Source: Candidatus Nanohalarchaeota archaeon (GTDB taxonomy: Archaea > Nanohalarchaeota > Nanosalinia > Nanosalinales > Nanosalinaceae). Taken from it: DNA of 64,000 nt. Below, piece by piece: positions 1 to 9,995 of this stretch. The stretch covers positions 544,001 through 608,000 of the forward strand of contig JALDAJ010000001.1 in assembly GCA_022729235.1 (NCBI GenBank), written 5' to 3'. The first letter of the stretch is position 1. Each line of letters begins with the position of its first letter. The notes beneath the pieces are model-generated. The model ran no database searches and was not told the origin of the DNA. It saw only the letters and a list, made by a program, of their open reading frames with translations. The position numbers were made by a program, and so were the translations under genes.

Positions 1-701
1 GTCTGCTCCGAGGTCGCTATCAGGTACTTGTCCTCGTCCTCTATCTTGTAGAGCTGTTCTTCGAAGTCTTCAAGCTCCGCGGCAGCCTCCATCGGCTCGT
101 GTTTCAGCGTGTAAGGTGTCTGCATCGGGGTGTAACCCTTCTCCACGATGTGGTCCATTGCAAAATTAATCAGTGCCTGGTTAAGCCGGTAAAGGTCGCC
201 TTTCAGGTAGTAGGCTCTCTCACCTGCTATCTCCGCAGCTTTTTCTGTCTCCGCGAGGTCGTTTCTCTCTATGACGTCTGCGCCGAGCTCTGCATCGTTA
301 TCCTTGCCGTCTTCCGGCGCCCAGGTCTTTATCTCCACGTTGTCGTCCTCGTCTTCTCCCTGCGGCACCGAGTTGTGAACTATATTGCCTATTTTGAACC
401 TTATCTCGTCTCGCTCTTCTTGGAGTTGTTCAACTTCGTCTTCCAGAGTGCTTATGTCTTCTTTGACCTCCTTCATCCGCTCAATCTTGTCCGAGGCGTC
501 CTCACCTTCCTGTTTCAGCTCCGCGATTTTGTCTCCTACGCTATTTCTCTCCGCTCTAAGATCTTCCAGTTCCTGGAGTTTTTCACGCCACTTCTCATCG
601 AGTTCTACTACTTTATCGACCCTTTCCGGGTCCTTGTCCCTGTACTTTTCAGACTCCTTTATCTTCTCGGGTTCCTCGCGGAACGTCTCCATCTCAAGCA
701 T
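1..701 (-). CDS. serS: Seryl-tRNA synthetase (3' part runs off the window)
   Basis: Manual minus-strand translation from ATG at 701: MLEMETFREEPEKIKES...N-terminal coiled coil...GNIVHNSVPQGEDEDDN...GERAYYLKGD...LIATSEQ, typical of SerRS. Not in the ORF track because it is truncated at the edge. Confidence 0.93.
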   Translation of the reverse strand, partial: MLEMETFREEPEKIKESEKYRDKDPERVDKVVELDEKWREKLQELEDLRAERNSVGDKIAELKQEGEDASDKIERMKEVKEDISTLEDEVEQLQEERDEIRFKIGNIVHNSVPQGEDEDDNVEIKTWAPEDGKDNDAELGADVIERNDLAETEKAAEIAGERAYYLKGDLYRLNQALINFAMDHIVEKGYTPMQTPYTLKHEPMEAAAELEDFEEQLYKIEDEDKYLIATSEQ

Positions 702-833
702 AGAAAGCTACCTCTTGAAGATTAGTTGGATAGAAAGGGTTTAAACTATTGACAAACGTACCGACCGGAAAAACGTCCACCCTTCATTGGCACACCGCAG
801 AATTCAGTCTCCAGTGTTAAATACGTTTTCCGG

Positions 834-974
834 TTACTTGATGTCCTCAAGCACTTTTTCATATAGAAACGGTAGTACCTCTTCATCACTGAGTTCTCGC
901 GTGACTGGTTCCTCGCCATCTTCTCTTATTATCTCCGGTATGCGGTCGCGGACGAGTTTCGGTAAGTCAGTCAC
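834..974 (-). pseudogene. Truncated MazG-like NTP pyrophosphohydrolase (KLVRD-type), 46 aa
   Basis: GTG overlaps the NUDIX stop (GTGA). Translates MTDLPKLVRDRIPEIIREDGEEPVTRELSDEEVLPFLYEKVLEDIK*. The KLVRDxIPEII motif is present but the ORF stops before the EELAD catalytic helix. Confidence 0.7.
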
Positions 975-1387
975 TTGTTCTCACCCCACTCGTTAAATGC
1001 AAGATTCAGGCTTTCCCGGAGTTCGTCATGCATGCTCAGGTCGTCGAGCTCTGCTATTTCGACCCATCGATAATCGGTGTGCTCGTCTCCAAGCTCTACT
1101 TCGGTCTCGTCTGTCTCACATAGAAAAGTTGTTCCGAAAATCTGCTCGCCGCTGTCTCTGGTAAAGGTCCAGGAATAGATAGGCTTTATGACTTCAACTT
1201 CAATACCTGCTTCCTCTCGCACCTCTCTTTTCAGTCCTTCAACAGGATGTTCCCCGTAGTCGAAGCTTCCTCCTGGCACGTCCCAGTAGTTCTGTAGATG
1301 GGTTTCATCATTAGCTCTCTTTATAACCAAGATCTTTCCGTCATCCCGTATTATAACTGCCTTTCCTGCGGCGGTAATCTCAGGCAT
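971..1387 (-). CDS. NUDIX hydrolase (MutT-like)
   Basis: Nudix box PGGSFDYGEHPVEGLKREVREEAG; EHTDYRW. Confidence 0.9.
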   Translation of the reverse strand: MPEITAAGKAVIIRDDGKILVIKRANDETHLQNYWDVPGGSFDYGEHPVEGLKREVREEAGIEVEVIKPIYSWTFTRDSGEQIFGTTFLCETDETEVELGDEHTDYRWVEIAELDDLSMHDELRESLNLAFNEWGENK

Positions 1388-1390
1388 ATT

Positions 1391-2419
1391 CTACCTTAGC
1401 ATTCGGTTCAGGGCTCCTACTGCTTCAACTGGTTTTTCCCCAAAAGCGGTCTCGTGGCAGAGCATGAATCCGTTCGCACCCCGTTCTCTCCAGCGCTGGA
1501 TGTCGGATATCTCCGGTCTCAGCGGTACCGAGAATTGCTCTAGACCCTCGAGTAGTTGGGTTGCCATGACCCAGGGTGTGTCGTTCCTCTCCGCCGCGTC
1601 CACTATCTTCTCGCAGTTCTCCGGCATCTTCTCCCAGGGCTGCAGCAGCGCGAGATCGCCTCTAGCCACCATCACTGCGTCAGAAGCCTCTGCTATCTCG
1701 TGGGCGTTTTCCACACCACTCCCTGTCTCTATCTTCGAAACGACCGGAACCTTTTCTCCCGCTTCCTCCATGATCTCTCTAGCTTTCCTGACTTCTGAGG
1801 CTTCTGAGACGAAGCTCAGCAGTACAGCGTCAAAACTGTCGCTGTTCCTTGCTATGAACCTCAGGTCTTCCCTATCTTTCTCTGTCAGCGCGGACGGCTC
1901 GAACCTGTCGGACTGCGGCTGGACACCTCTCCGCGGGTTTATAGTTCCAGAGCTCTCCACGCGGCACCTGATTTCTTCGCCGGTGTTTTCCTTCGCAACA
2001 AGTATGACATCGCCATCGCCGATATAGATCCTGTCTCCTTCCTCGACCGCGTCGATGAGTTTCCGGGAGTCGACCGGTATCCTGAAGTTTTTCTCGTTGA
2101 AACTCGCCGCCGGATCTGCGAGCGTGAGGTTGTCTCCGTCCGGGACCTCCAGTCTGGTGTGGTGGCCGAGATCTTCTATCCGGACCTGTTCGCCGGCTAG
2201 GTCCGCTATTACGTCTATGTCTTTCCCGACTACTTCTCCAGCTCTCCTCATCATTTCTGAGAGCTGGGTCTGGAGTTCATGGTCTCCAAATGAGAATGTC
2301 AGTCTCACTCCGTCAGCTCCAGCATCGAACAGTTGCTGCGCGACGTGCGGAGTGTTTGAAGACGTAGCCTTGGTGAACCATATTGACGGCTTATCTTCGA
2401 GGAGATGTAGTCCTGACAT
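1391..2419 (-). CDS. Divergent pyruvate kinase-like protein lacking the C-terminal domain
   Basis: SKIE, MVARGDL, ATQLLE and ETAFG motifs, B-domain GDG; only 342 aa. Confidence 0.8.
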   Translation of the reverse strand: MSGLHLLEDKPSIWFTKATSSNTPHVAQQLFDAGADGVRLTFSFGDHELQTQLSEMMRRAGEVVGKDIDVIADLAGEQVRIEDLGHHTRLEVPDGDNLTLADPAASFNEKNFRIPVDSRKLIDAVEEGDRIYIGDGDVILVAKENTGEEIRCRVESSGTINPRRGVQPQSDRFEPSALTEKDREDLRFIARNSDSFDAVLLSFVSEASEVRKAREIMEEAGEKVPVVSKIETGSGVENAHEIAEASDAVMVARGDLALLQPWEKMPENCEKIVDAAERNDTPWVMATQLLEGLEQFSVPLRPEISDIQRWRERGANGFMLCHETAFGEKPVEAVGALNRMLR

Positions 2420-2459
2420 ATGATTGACATGTGGAAGAAATTGTTAAACCAATTCTGAT

Positions 2460-3107
2460 TTACCGCCTTGCGAGTAGCCGGATGATTATCTGGAGTAGCA
2501 TGATGAATACGCCCATGAATGCCACGTAGATTCCGATACCGTTCACGTATACTTCGGAGGACTGTGTTTTCAGTTCCCAGATTTCGTATACCAGGAGGAC
2601 TATGAATCCGAGTAGAGCGGAGATGAATGCGAGTAGCAGGATGGGAGGTACTACTGTTCCAAGGGCTCCGAGTACCAGGACTCCGATGAAGAAGAATGTT
2701 GCGTAGAGGTTCCAGGATGAGAAGTCTCTGCCTGTCCCGTAAACTACTGCGGCTGCCACTACTCCGATAAGAGTTGTCAGGAGAGCTGTTACTGCCACGG
2801 CAATTGCCTGGAGTTCAAGACTTACCATAGCCAGTAGTCCTGCTCCAAATGATGCGTAAGCAACCTGCAGAAGCACTACTCCTAAAACGGCGAGTTCCAT
2901 CTGGTCTCGCTTCAGACCGCGTTCAGCCAGATAATTTCCTGCGGTCAGCATGGCTCCGTATACAATTATTCCGGCAATCGGGATGCTGAAAGCAATACCT
3001 AGAAACAAAGCAACCGGAGTGTAAGCCAGCGCCCACATGAAAGCAAAGTTTACAAGTATCAGCGCCGCGCTGACACCGATACTTTTCAGCTCGTTGGTCT
3101 CCAGCAT
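2460..3107 (-). CDS. Bax inhibitor-1/YccA-like multi-pass membrane protein
   Basis: About 7 hydrophobic segments; DFSSW and C-terminal IYVAFMGVF..LLQI pattern. Confidence 0.65.
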   Translation of the reverse strand: MLETNELKSIGVSAALILVNFAFMWALAYTPVALFLGIAFSIPIAGIIVYGAMLTAGNYLAERGLKRDQMELAVLGVVLLQVAYASFGAGLLAMVSLELQAIAVAVTALLTTLIGVVAAAVVYGTGRDFSSWNLYATFFFIGVLVLGALGTVVPPILLLAFISALLGFIVLLVYEIWELKTQSSEVYVNGIGIYVAFMGVFIMLLQIIIRLLARR

Positions 3108-3230
3108 CCGTATACCTGTTTTCAGGACAGACCTTTTTAATCGGTGCGGCTGACCTGTCCAGGTTTCCCTCTGTCATAAGTGTAGTTCTGTAAAAAACGA
3201 CTTGGTTTCAGGTTGTGAAACTAGAGTTTC

Positions 3231-3644
3231 ATGAGTCTACTGGATAAGTTGAATCCTTTGAAGAGGAAAAAGAGTTACGAGCTACCGACGGGAGAAGTGA
3301 AGCCGGGTAGTGATTCGAGAGGAAACGGTCTGAGAAGAGATCAGTTTGAGATATTTGTGGATAGGTATCTTGATATACAGGAGAAAAACAGGGAGTATAT
3401 AGTGTCTCAACTTGAATCTGCTGAAAGCGGTTATGCGGAGCTGGAAGTTGAGTGGGACCGGTTAGAAGGAAAGGGAGAGTTAAACGCATACCTGGACGGT
3501 ACGATGGTTCTGACGACGGAAATCGGTGAACATGAGTTGGATGTTCTTGAGGAAAGCCATATAGCCAGGAGGAGGGAGGATGAAAACTCTGATTATCAGA
3601 GCAGAGAAGTTTCTCATTTTTTCAGAGATCTATCTCATATTTAA
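3231..3644 (+). CDS. Hypothetical protein
   Basis: 137-aa acidic ORF filling an intergenic gap. Confidence 0.6.
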   Translation: MSLLDKLNPLKRKKSYELPTGEVKPGSDSRGNGLRRDQFEIFVDRYLDIQEKNREYIVSQLESAESGYAELEVEWDRLEGKGELNAYLDGTMVLTTEIGEHELDVLEESHIARRREDENSDYQSREVSHFFRDLSHI

Positions 3645-3712
3645 TCAATTTTCTAGTGCTGTGATAGATTGTATTCGATGCGTACAAAAATGTGGTTTAC
3701 AAATCTGGATGT

Positions 3713-4324
3713 ATGAGGTCGCAGGATTTTCCCGGTACTTTTATCGTGGTAGAAGGTGCTGATGGAGCAGGTACAACAACTCAGGCTGAAAGACTGGCTG
3801 AGGAGCTCGGCGCTTACTACACTGCGGAGCACGGTGACAGGAGAGAGGAAGCGACGAAGATAGGTGAGAAAGTGGAGGAGATGATTTCCTCGGACAGTTA
3901 TTCCGCGGAGGCTATCGCCCTTGCGTTCGCCGCCGACAGGATGGTGCATCTTGAAGAAGTTGTGATCCCGAAACTTGAGAAGGGCAAAACCGTGGTCAGC
4001 GACCGCTACTATCATTCCTCGCTCGTTTACCAGCCTGCGCTTGGCGCAGATTTTGACTGGGTGATGGATGTTAACCGGTTCGCTGTTGTCCCTGATTTTA
4101 CAATCGTGCTTGACGTTTCCGCGGAGACAGGGATGTCCCGGATCGACTCCCGGGGCTCTGACGGGAACATCTTCGAGGAGATGAGCTTCCAGGAGGAGGT
4201 CGTGGAGCGTTACCGGGGACTACCTGATCAACTGGATGAGGACGTAGTTCTGGTCGACGGATCCGGGAGTAAGGAGGAAGTCTTCCAGGGAGTTCTTGAC
4301 AAAGTCCGCGGAGGTCTAGGTTAG
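3713..4324 (+). CDS. tmk: Thymidylate kinase
   Basis: FIVVEGADGAGTTTQ P-loop, FAADR, SDRYYHSSLVYQ; ATG at 3713 preferred. Confidence 0.92.
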   Translation: MRSQDFPGTFIVVEGADGAGTTTQAERLAEELGAYYTAEHGDRREEATKIGEKVEEMISSDSYSAEAIALAFAADRMVHLEEVVIPKLEKGKTVVSDRYYHSSLVYQPALGADFDWVMDVNRFAVVPDFTIVLDVSAETGMSRIDSRGSDGNIFEEMSFQEEVVERYRGLPDQLDEDVVLVDGSGSKEEVFQGVLDKVRGGLG

Positions 4325-4360
4325 CTTTTTATTTGAAGTTGTTCTGCTACTCGAATAGAG

Positions 4361-4933
4361 ATGTCCGAGAACCTTGAGGAGACAAACGCCGGTGTAAAGA
4401 AAAAAGGTAACTGGAAAGAGGTCGCAAAGTTCGGCCAGAAAGTGGAAGAGGTGATGGAGGAGAGCGATATCGATGAGAGTTCTGTTGAAGAGTTCCAGGA
4501 GTGGCGTCCGAAAACTGACGAGGCAGAGAACGATATGAAGAAGAAGACTGTCGAAAGGGCATCTATGAACGAGAAAAGAGTTGAAGAGGAGAGTAACGGG
4601 GTCAGGAATGACATAAAGGATGCTTCGGAGAAAGCCGCGGAAGCAGGTAAGAAAGCCGCGCATAGAGAGAACCCTGAACCTGAGATCAAGGAGGCGTCTA
4701 AAGGAGTGCTGAGACCTTTTTTTGCGAAGTCTATAGAGTACCTGCGTGACCTAGAGGAAGATATCTATTCAAAGATTATGTTGAAGTTCAACCCGTTCTA
4801 CCTTGATACAGAGGATTTAACCGTTGACTTCAGAGCCAAGAGGGACGGCGACTACGAGATGGATGTAAACGTTTCCGGGAACGGGGCGAGAGAAAAGATA
4901 AAGAGGGAATTAAGGGAAGAAGAGAATGGGTGA
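4361..4933 (+). CDS. Haloarchaeal DUF5828-like protein
   Basis: G.W..V...G, EWRPK, KT.E.AS and IM....PFYLD motifs recalled from the haloarchaeal family. Confidence 0.65.
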   Translation: MSENLEETNAGVKKKGNWKEVAKFGQKVEEVMEESDIDESSVEEFQEWRPKTDEAENDMKKKTVERASMNEKRVEEESNGVRNDIKDASEKAAEAGKKAAHRENPEPEIKEASKGVLRPFFAKSIEYLRDLEEDIYSKIMLKFNPFYLDTEDLTVDFRAKRDGDYEMDVNVSGNGAREKIKRELREEENG

Positions 4934-5861
4934 AATACTGACCGCGCTCGCCTTTGCGGCGGCAATTTTCATGGGTATTTCTATAGGTGCGTCAAGCATC
5001 GCGCCTGCTTTCGGACCCGTCAACTCTTCAGGCGCAGAGAATATCCTGCGTGCAGCTCTTCTGGGAGGTATCTTCGCTCTCATAGGTTCGGTGGTCCAGG
5101 GAAGGAATGTCACAGAGACCATCGGTTCCGGAATACTGATCGGAGAGATCACACTGCTTCAGGGAACAATCATACTTTTCATAGGTGCTGCGCTAGTGAT
5201 TATAAGCGTCCTGACTGATTACCCTATGCCAACCGCATTCACTGTAACCGGGGCTGTCATAGGCAGTGCTGTTGGCTTCGGTGACGCCCTCAACTATGAC
5301 ACTATCGCCATGATTATCGGGTACTGGGTGATGGTGCCTATAGTTGCGCTATTTATGAGCTACGGTATAGCGGTTGCTTTAAGGCATTTGATACCGAAAG
5401 AAGGGTCTGAGAGGTTTATCCAGGCATTGCTCCTGGTTTCCGGCGCCTACATGGCATATACCACTGGTGCCGGTTCGGTGGGGCTGGCAGTCGGTCCCCT
5501 ACAGTCGATGGACCTGGAGCTCAACGTCGTCCTCATCATAGGAGGGCTGGCGATTATGGCTGGTAGCTGGATGTACTCTCCCCGTATCATAAAGGCGGTT
5601 TCTCGTGACTACACCAATCTCGGTCCGAGGAGGTCTATCGCTGCACTCGGTACTGCGGCTGTCCTGGCACAGGTAGGAATCCAGATGGGTGCACCTATCT
5701 CCGCGAACCTGGCTATCATCGCCTCTGTTATAGGCTCGGGCATGGTGGAAGGAAAGTCCAACATGGAACGCGGCAAGATATTATTTACAGCAGTAGCCTG
5801 GGTCGGAGCGTTCTTTCTCTCAATAGCTCTAACAGCGGGGATAGGGCTGTTGATACAGTAG
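4926..5861 (+). CDS. Inorganic phosphate transporter (PiT family)
   Basis: Two PiT repeats (IGASSIAPAFGP..SG; GAGSVGLAVGP); GxPIS; hydrophobic. Confidence 0.85.
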   Translation: MGEILTALAFAAAIFMGISIGASSIAPAFGPVNSSGAENILRAALLGGIFALIGSVVQGRNVTETIGSGILIGEITLLQGTIILFIGAALVIISVLTDYPMPTAFTVTGAVIGSAVGFGDALNYDTIAMIIGYWVMVPIVALFMSYGIAVALRHLIPKEGSERFIQALLLVSGAYMAYTTGAGSVGLAVGPLQSMDLELNVVLIIGGLAIMAGSWMYSPRIIKAVSRDYTNLGPRRSIAALGTAAVLAQVGIQMGAPISANLAIIASVIGSGMVEGKSNMERGKILFTAVAWVGAFFLSIALTAGIGLLIQ

Positions 5862-5998
5862 ATGTGTATAGAGTTGTATAACTTATTTTAACTATCTGCT
5901 CTGCAGATAATTTATCCCGGTGAGGGCGTATCACAGAGACGGATAAAGAGTCTTTCGAGGATGGATATAAGACCTCTCTTGGAGAAAGGATAGAGGCT

Positions 5999-6667
5999 GT
6001 GTTCGAGCCGCGCCTAGATGCCAACATGTCCGATTTTCCAGGTGATACGGAGGGATGGAATGTTACTATCCTGAAGAACGGGAGTTCTTGGACACGTAGA
6101 ATGGAGGAAATTGAAGATGCGGTCGATCCAACAGTCGCGCAGATGTTGAAGGGTGAGCTTCATCAAGCCAAACAAAAGTATTCCTGCCTGACCGAAGCTA
6201 TTCTGAATGGCGAGATTGAAGGAGAAGACTTAGAGATTTCTTTAGAAGATACAAAGTCGGAGTATGCCCGGAAATTGATAGAACTGGAGTATATCCAGAA
6301 AGAACTGGAGAACGGCCGAGAAGTTGATTACCAGAATGATATAGATGTAAGCGATTCTGTTCTGGCAGAGGAGAATCCAGAGAAACTGGGTCGTATAATA
6401 AGCGGAGGTAAAACTGCTTTAGACACTAAAGACTGGATCGCCGGGTTACTCCGGTTGTCTGAGGAAGGCGGAGAGATGGTAGACGACTACAATCAGTTGA
6501 AGGAAGGACTCCTATCCCAGGATAACTTCATGGGTGATGTATACGATTCGCTCGATTGGAGCAGGAATAAGTTTGGAACAGGATTGAACGGTCAAAATGA
6601 ACTAGGATACGTAGAATTTGATCAGGAAGGTAATATCCGTGAATACGGGCTTAACTCCTTCCGGTAG
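5999..6667 (+). CDS. Hypothetical acidic protein
   Basis: 222-aa ORF; start uncertain. Confidence 0.55.
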   Translation: MFEPRLDANMSDFPGDTEGWNVTILKNGSSWTRRMEEIEDAVDPTVAQMLKGELHQAKQKYSCLTEAILNGEIEGEDLEISLEDTKSEYARKLIELEYIQKELENGREVDYQNDIDVSDSVLAEENPEKLGRIISGGKTALDTKDWIAGLLRLSEEGGEMVDDYNQLKEGLLSQDNFMGDVYDSLDWSRNKFGTGLNGQNELGYVEFDQEGNIREYGLNSFR

Positions 6668-6682
6668 ATATAGGTCTTGAGG

Positions 6683-7528
6683 TCACTCGTCCTCCATCAA
6701 ACCGCCGGGTTCTGAATAGGCGATACTGGACGTCTCTACTCCGAGAACTCCTTCTTCAAGTTCCACTTCTCGACAGCTCTCGATCGGTTCAACTTCGAAT
6801 ATATCTCCGGGCTCTAACCCATCTATCTGCTCAAAACGGTGTGGACTCATACTGAGTTCCAGTTCTTCAACTGCTGTCTCTGGTGCGAAACCGGTCATGT
6901 ATCCGCCGGTGCTCGCACCTCCTAGGCGCTGGGTAGATTCATTTATACCGGCACAGACGCTAAACCTCTGTCTCTCTATATCGGCGTGAAGGTAGCCTGA
7001 CTTCCTGATTTCCAGCTCCCCGAACTTGTTCTCGCCTTCCAACATCTCTACCTCTTCTTCCAGGGTCAGGTCGTATTCGGCGTCTACTGCCGCCGCATCA
7101 TAAGCTACGAGAAGTGCTAGTACCGCTCCTATCCCAGCGACTATCTTGAGAGCCTGATCCCGGTTAGGGATGTATTCTTGCTTATTGGTTAACGTGTATC
7201 CGATTGCAGAGAACAGCACTGCGGAAAACAGGAGTGATGCAAGTGTTCCATCAGAGGTTCTCAGGAACCTACCGTTGATGTAAATCAGGAAGCCTAAATA
7301 GGATCCTGCCGAAACAAGGTAGGAAACAAGCTTTACGCCGCGAGCCTCACGTGAAACGCCTGCAACAAGCGTGGATGCGAACACTGCGAACAGCACCGCG
7401 GCGATAGTGAACGGCGACAGGTCCTGTATGTATTCAAACCCGAAGTAAAGCACTGCGAGAACCGCGAAAAACGCGGAGGCGCCGTAGAATATGCGTGAGT
7501 AGTCAAAGTTTTCTGAAGCCATAAACAC
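6683..7528 (-). CDS. Membrane protein with about 5 TM helices and a C-terminal soluble domain
   Basis: Hydrophobic N-half, acidic C-half. Confidence 0.65.
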   Translation of the reverse strand: MFMASENFDYSRIFYGASAFFAVLAVLYFGFEYIQDLSPFTIAAVLFAVFASTLVAGVSREARGVKLVSYLVSAGSYLGFLIYINGRFLRTSDGTLASLLFSAVLFSAIGYTLTNKQEYIPNRDQALKIVAGIGAVLALLVAYDAAAVDAEYDLTLEEEVEMLEGENKFGELEIRKSGYLHADIERQRFSVCAGINESTQRLGGASTGGYMTGFAPETAVEELELSMSPHRFEQIDGLEPGDIFEVEPIESCREVELEEGVLGVETSSIAYSEPGGLMEDE

Positions 7529-7608
7529 AGATTATGCTTATCCGATTTTATAACTGGTGTAGTGTCCGGTTAAGACCGGATAAAAGATAGAGGGAAAAGA
7601 AAGAGTTC

Positions 7609-7824
7609 TTAGATAATGCCGTACTCGTTGAGGACTTTTCTCCAGAAGCTGTAAGCCAGAACTCCAGCCACCACGACAGCGATCCAGGAGACAGACATCG
7701 GGATATTATGAGGTCCGGACTGTAAGCTCCAGCCCATCACCGCCCGCAGAGCGTGACCGGCAAATACTATCGTGAAAATGACTGCAGAAAGAACCTCAAC
7801 CTGTTCATGCTCAAGTAGCTCCAT
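7609..7824 (-). CDS. Small 2-TM membrane protein
   Basis: FTIVFAGHALR..W....G...IP...SW pattern. Confidence 0.6.
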   Translation of the reverse strand: MELLEHEQVEVLSAVIFTIVFAGHALRAVMGWSLQSGPHNIPMSVSWIAVVVAGVLAYSFWRKVLNEYGII

Positions 7825-7866
7825 GTATGTAGAATTAGAGGATCCGAATATAAAGGGTAGTCAAGG

Positions 7867-9771
7867 TCAGAGCCCGGGCATCACGTCGGCAACTATCTCT
7901 CTTATCATCGATCTTATCTCTTCATCCTGGAGAAGTTCCTGGATGAAATCTCTTGCCCGCGCCATCTGAATATCTTCCCCTACCTCTTCAACCACTGCGT
8001 GAGCCTCCTCTACTTCGTGTTCTTCCAGCAGAAGCCGTTCGGCTTCGTCAATCTGTTGAACATGTTCTTCTTCCAGTTCATCTCTATCTCTTAGTCTTTC
8101 AATATTCTGGTAAGTATCCTCCGCCATTTTAATTCTCTGCAGGTCTTCCTGGCCCTCCTTTGTCTCTCTCAGTTCTTCTAGTGTATTCTGGAACTCTGCT
8201 TCGGTTATCTCTCCTTCAGCTACTTGACCGGCTTCTTCATATGCCTGATCAAATAAGTCTTGAACTTCTTCCGATCTTTCGTATGTAAGTTCGTCTTCCA
8301 GTTCTTCAGGAAGTCCGTCTCTCTGGATCTGGCGTTCCATTCTCGTGTCCATCATTCTCACTGTTCTATCGTCTGTTTCTGCATATTTGCTCTCGATTCT
8401 CTCAATCTGTCGGTAGTACTGCATAATTTCTTGCATCTCTTCCTGGTGCTGATGCATCTGGTCGTTTAACTGTGAAAGTTCTCTTTCCGCGGCTCCAGTC
8501 TCTCCCTGATTCAGGAGGTATTCTACCTCGCTTTTCTGACTGCTTATGTCTTCAGATCCTTCTATACCGGCTCTTTCCATCTGCTCGATTCTCTCCTCCA
8601 TTTCTCCAAGGTTTCGTTGGATTTCATAGCTTTCTACTATGTTCCTGGCTTCAGCGACTTCGTAGTCTTCTAGATGGTTCTGCACATCCACTCTCATTTC
8701 CTGGACCTCGTCCTCTGATAGATCAGTTCTTCTTTCCAGTCTGTCCAGCTCGTCAAGGATGCGGTCCTCCGATCTCTCCTTTTCCTGGTGAATGTCGCAA
8801 CTTACAGGAATCTCCTCCCATCCAGGAGGTATAGGGTCATCTTCTTCCAGTTCCTCGCAGCTCCCGTCAGGACCTGCCGCGAAACGTCCATGTTCTAAGC
8901 CTTCGGGATCTCCTGCTATAGCTATCATTTCTCCATCTTCTACGCTTGTATCTGCTTCCCTGTCAGTTCTCAGGTCTAGGTGCTCTTTTGAACCTCTTCT
9001 TATGTCTGAATCGATTCTATTCCAGTCACCGCCTTCTATACGGTAGAAGCTTACGTCGGCGTGTCTCCGTGTTATGAAAAGGTCGTTGCTTGAAACCCAT
9101 GCGCTGGAAACGTCCGCATCGATGTAAAGCTCGATAACATCGAGATTTTCACCGGAGACCTCTACAACGCTGTAAACGACGAGATCATCAGGTAAATCAT
9201 AGTCTGTTTCCTCTTCCAGCTCTACTACTACACCTCCCCTATCTCTTGTATCTCTGGCAGGTTGAACGGTTACTTCATGCCACGCGGATATGGACTCTCC
9301 CAGTAACACTCCCGGTCTTTCACGCAGTTCTTCTCCTGAAACTGTTATCTCCGCACCTGAATCATGATAATCAACTTCGAAACCTTCAACGTCTGGATCG
9401 AAAACTGGCTCGGGTTCTGGTTCGTCAACTACTTCTTCGCCAGTTACATTTATGTCTTCAGAAAGACCGGTCACGGTGTCCGCATCGGCATCCATTACTC
9501 TAACTCTTAGCCTCTCCTCCTCGCCCGTAACCCGGTGCTGGAAGTATGGATCTCCGGTTCTGTAAGACTGACCGTCTATCCGGAAAATAAACCTGTAGTT
9601 TTCTTCCACGTCTTCAGGAAGATCTACACGGCTCTCAAGGATCTCTCCTATCTCATACTTTTCCTGGTCAAAAACCAGCTCAAAATCTTCTTCCTCGACT
9701 TCTGCTGTTGCTGAAAGAGTTAAAGCCAGTATGAAGATTCCAAGTACGGCTATACGTATTTTATATCTCAC
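7867..9771 (-). CDS. Secreted protein with a PGF-pre-PGF-like domain and long helical/coiled-coil C-terminus
   Basis: Signal peptide MRYKIRIAVLGIFILALTLSATA; VYSVVEV...V...WV..N...VSFYR...G.W pattern; heptad-rich acidic C-half. Confidence 0.65.
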   Translation of the reverse strand: MRYKIRIAVLGIFILALTLSATAEVEEEDFELVFDQEKYEIGEILESRVDLPEDVEENYRFIFRIDGQSYRTGDPYFQHRVTGEEERLRVRVMDADADTVTGLSEDINVTGEEVVDEPEPEPVFDPDVEGFEVDYHDSGAEITVSGEELRERPGVLLGESISAWHEVTVQPARDTRDRGGVVVELEEETDYDLPDDLVVYSVVEVSGENLDVIELYIDADVSSAWVSSNDLFITRRHADVSFYRIEGGDWNRIDSDIRRGSKEHLDLRTDREADTSVEDGEMIAIAGDPEGLEHGRFAAGPDGSCEELEEDDPIPPGWEEIPVSCDIHQEKERSEDRILDELDRLERRTDLSEDEVQEMRVDVQNHLEDYEVAEARNIVESYEIQRNLGEMEERIEQMERAGIEGSEDISSQKSEVEYLLNQGETGAAERELSQLNDQMHQHQEEMQEIMQYYRQIERIESKYAETDDRTVRMMDTRMERQIQRDGLPEELEDELTYERSEEVQDLFDQAYEEAGQVAEGEITEAEFQNTLEELRETKEGQEDLQRIKMAEDTYQNIERLRDRDELEEEHVQQIDEAERLLLEEHEVEEAHAVVEEVGEDIQMARARDFIQELLQDEEIRSMIREIVADVMPGL

Positions 9772-9816
9772 AAATCAACTTGAGAGTTTGTTTTATTAAA
9801 AACCTGAGGAGGGATA

Positions 9817-9850
9817 TGGCGGGGGGGTGATTTGAACCCTTATCACGACT
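9817..9850 (-). repeat. Degenerate copy of the tRNA-Pro 3' end (att-like), outermost
   Basis: tggcgggggggtgatttgaacccttatcacgact vs 10773 tggcagggctgggatttgaacccttatcacggct. Confidence 0.75.
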
Positions 9851-9995
9851 GATTTAGTAAATCAGTCACGAATTAACGGTTTAATAAACGGCTAAGGCCG
9901 GATATTCAACCTATTAAGGCATGTTCTATGTCAGTATAGTTCGAAATAATCACGTGATTAACTCCTAATAGAACTCCTTGTAAAGCGAAACTTTC

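Noticed and set aside
99-725. 208-aa plus-strand ORF and the many Ser/Phe-rich antisense ORFs across the window
   Set aside because: These are shadows of Glu/Asp/Lys-rich genes on the opposite strand (here serS) with no recognisable motifs.
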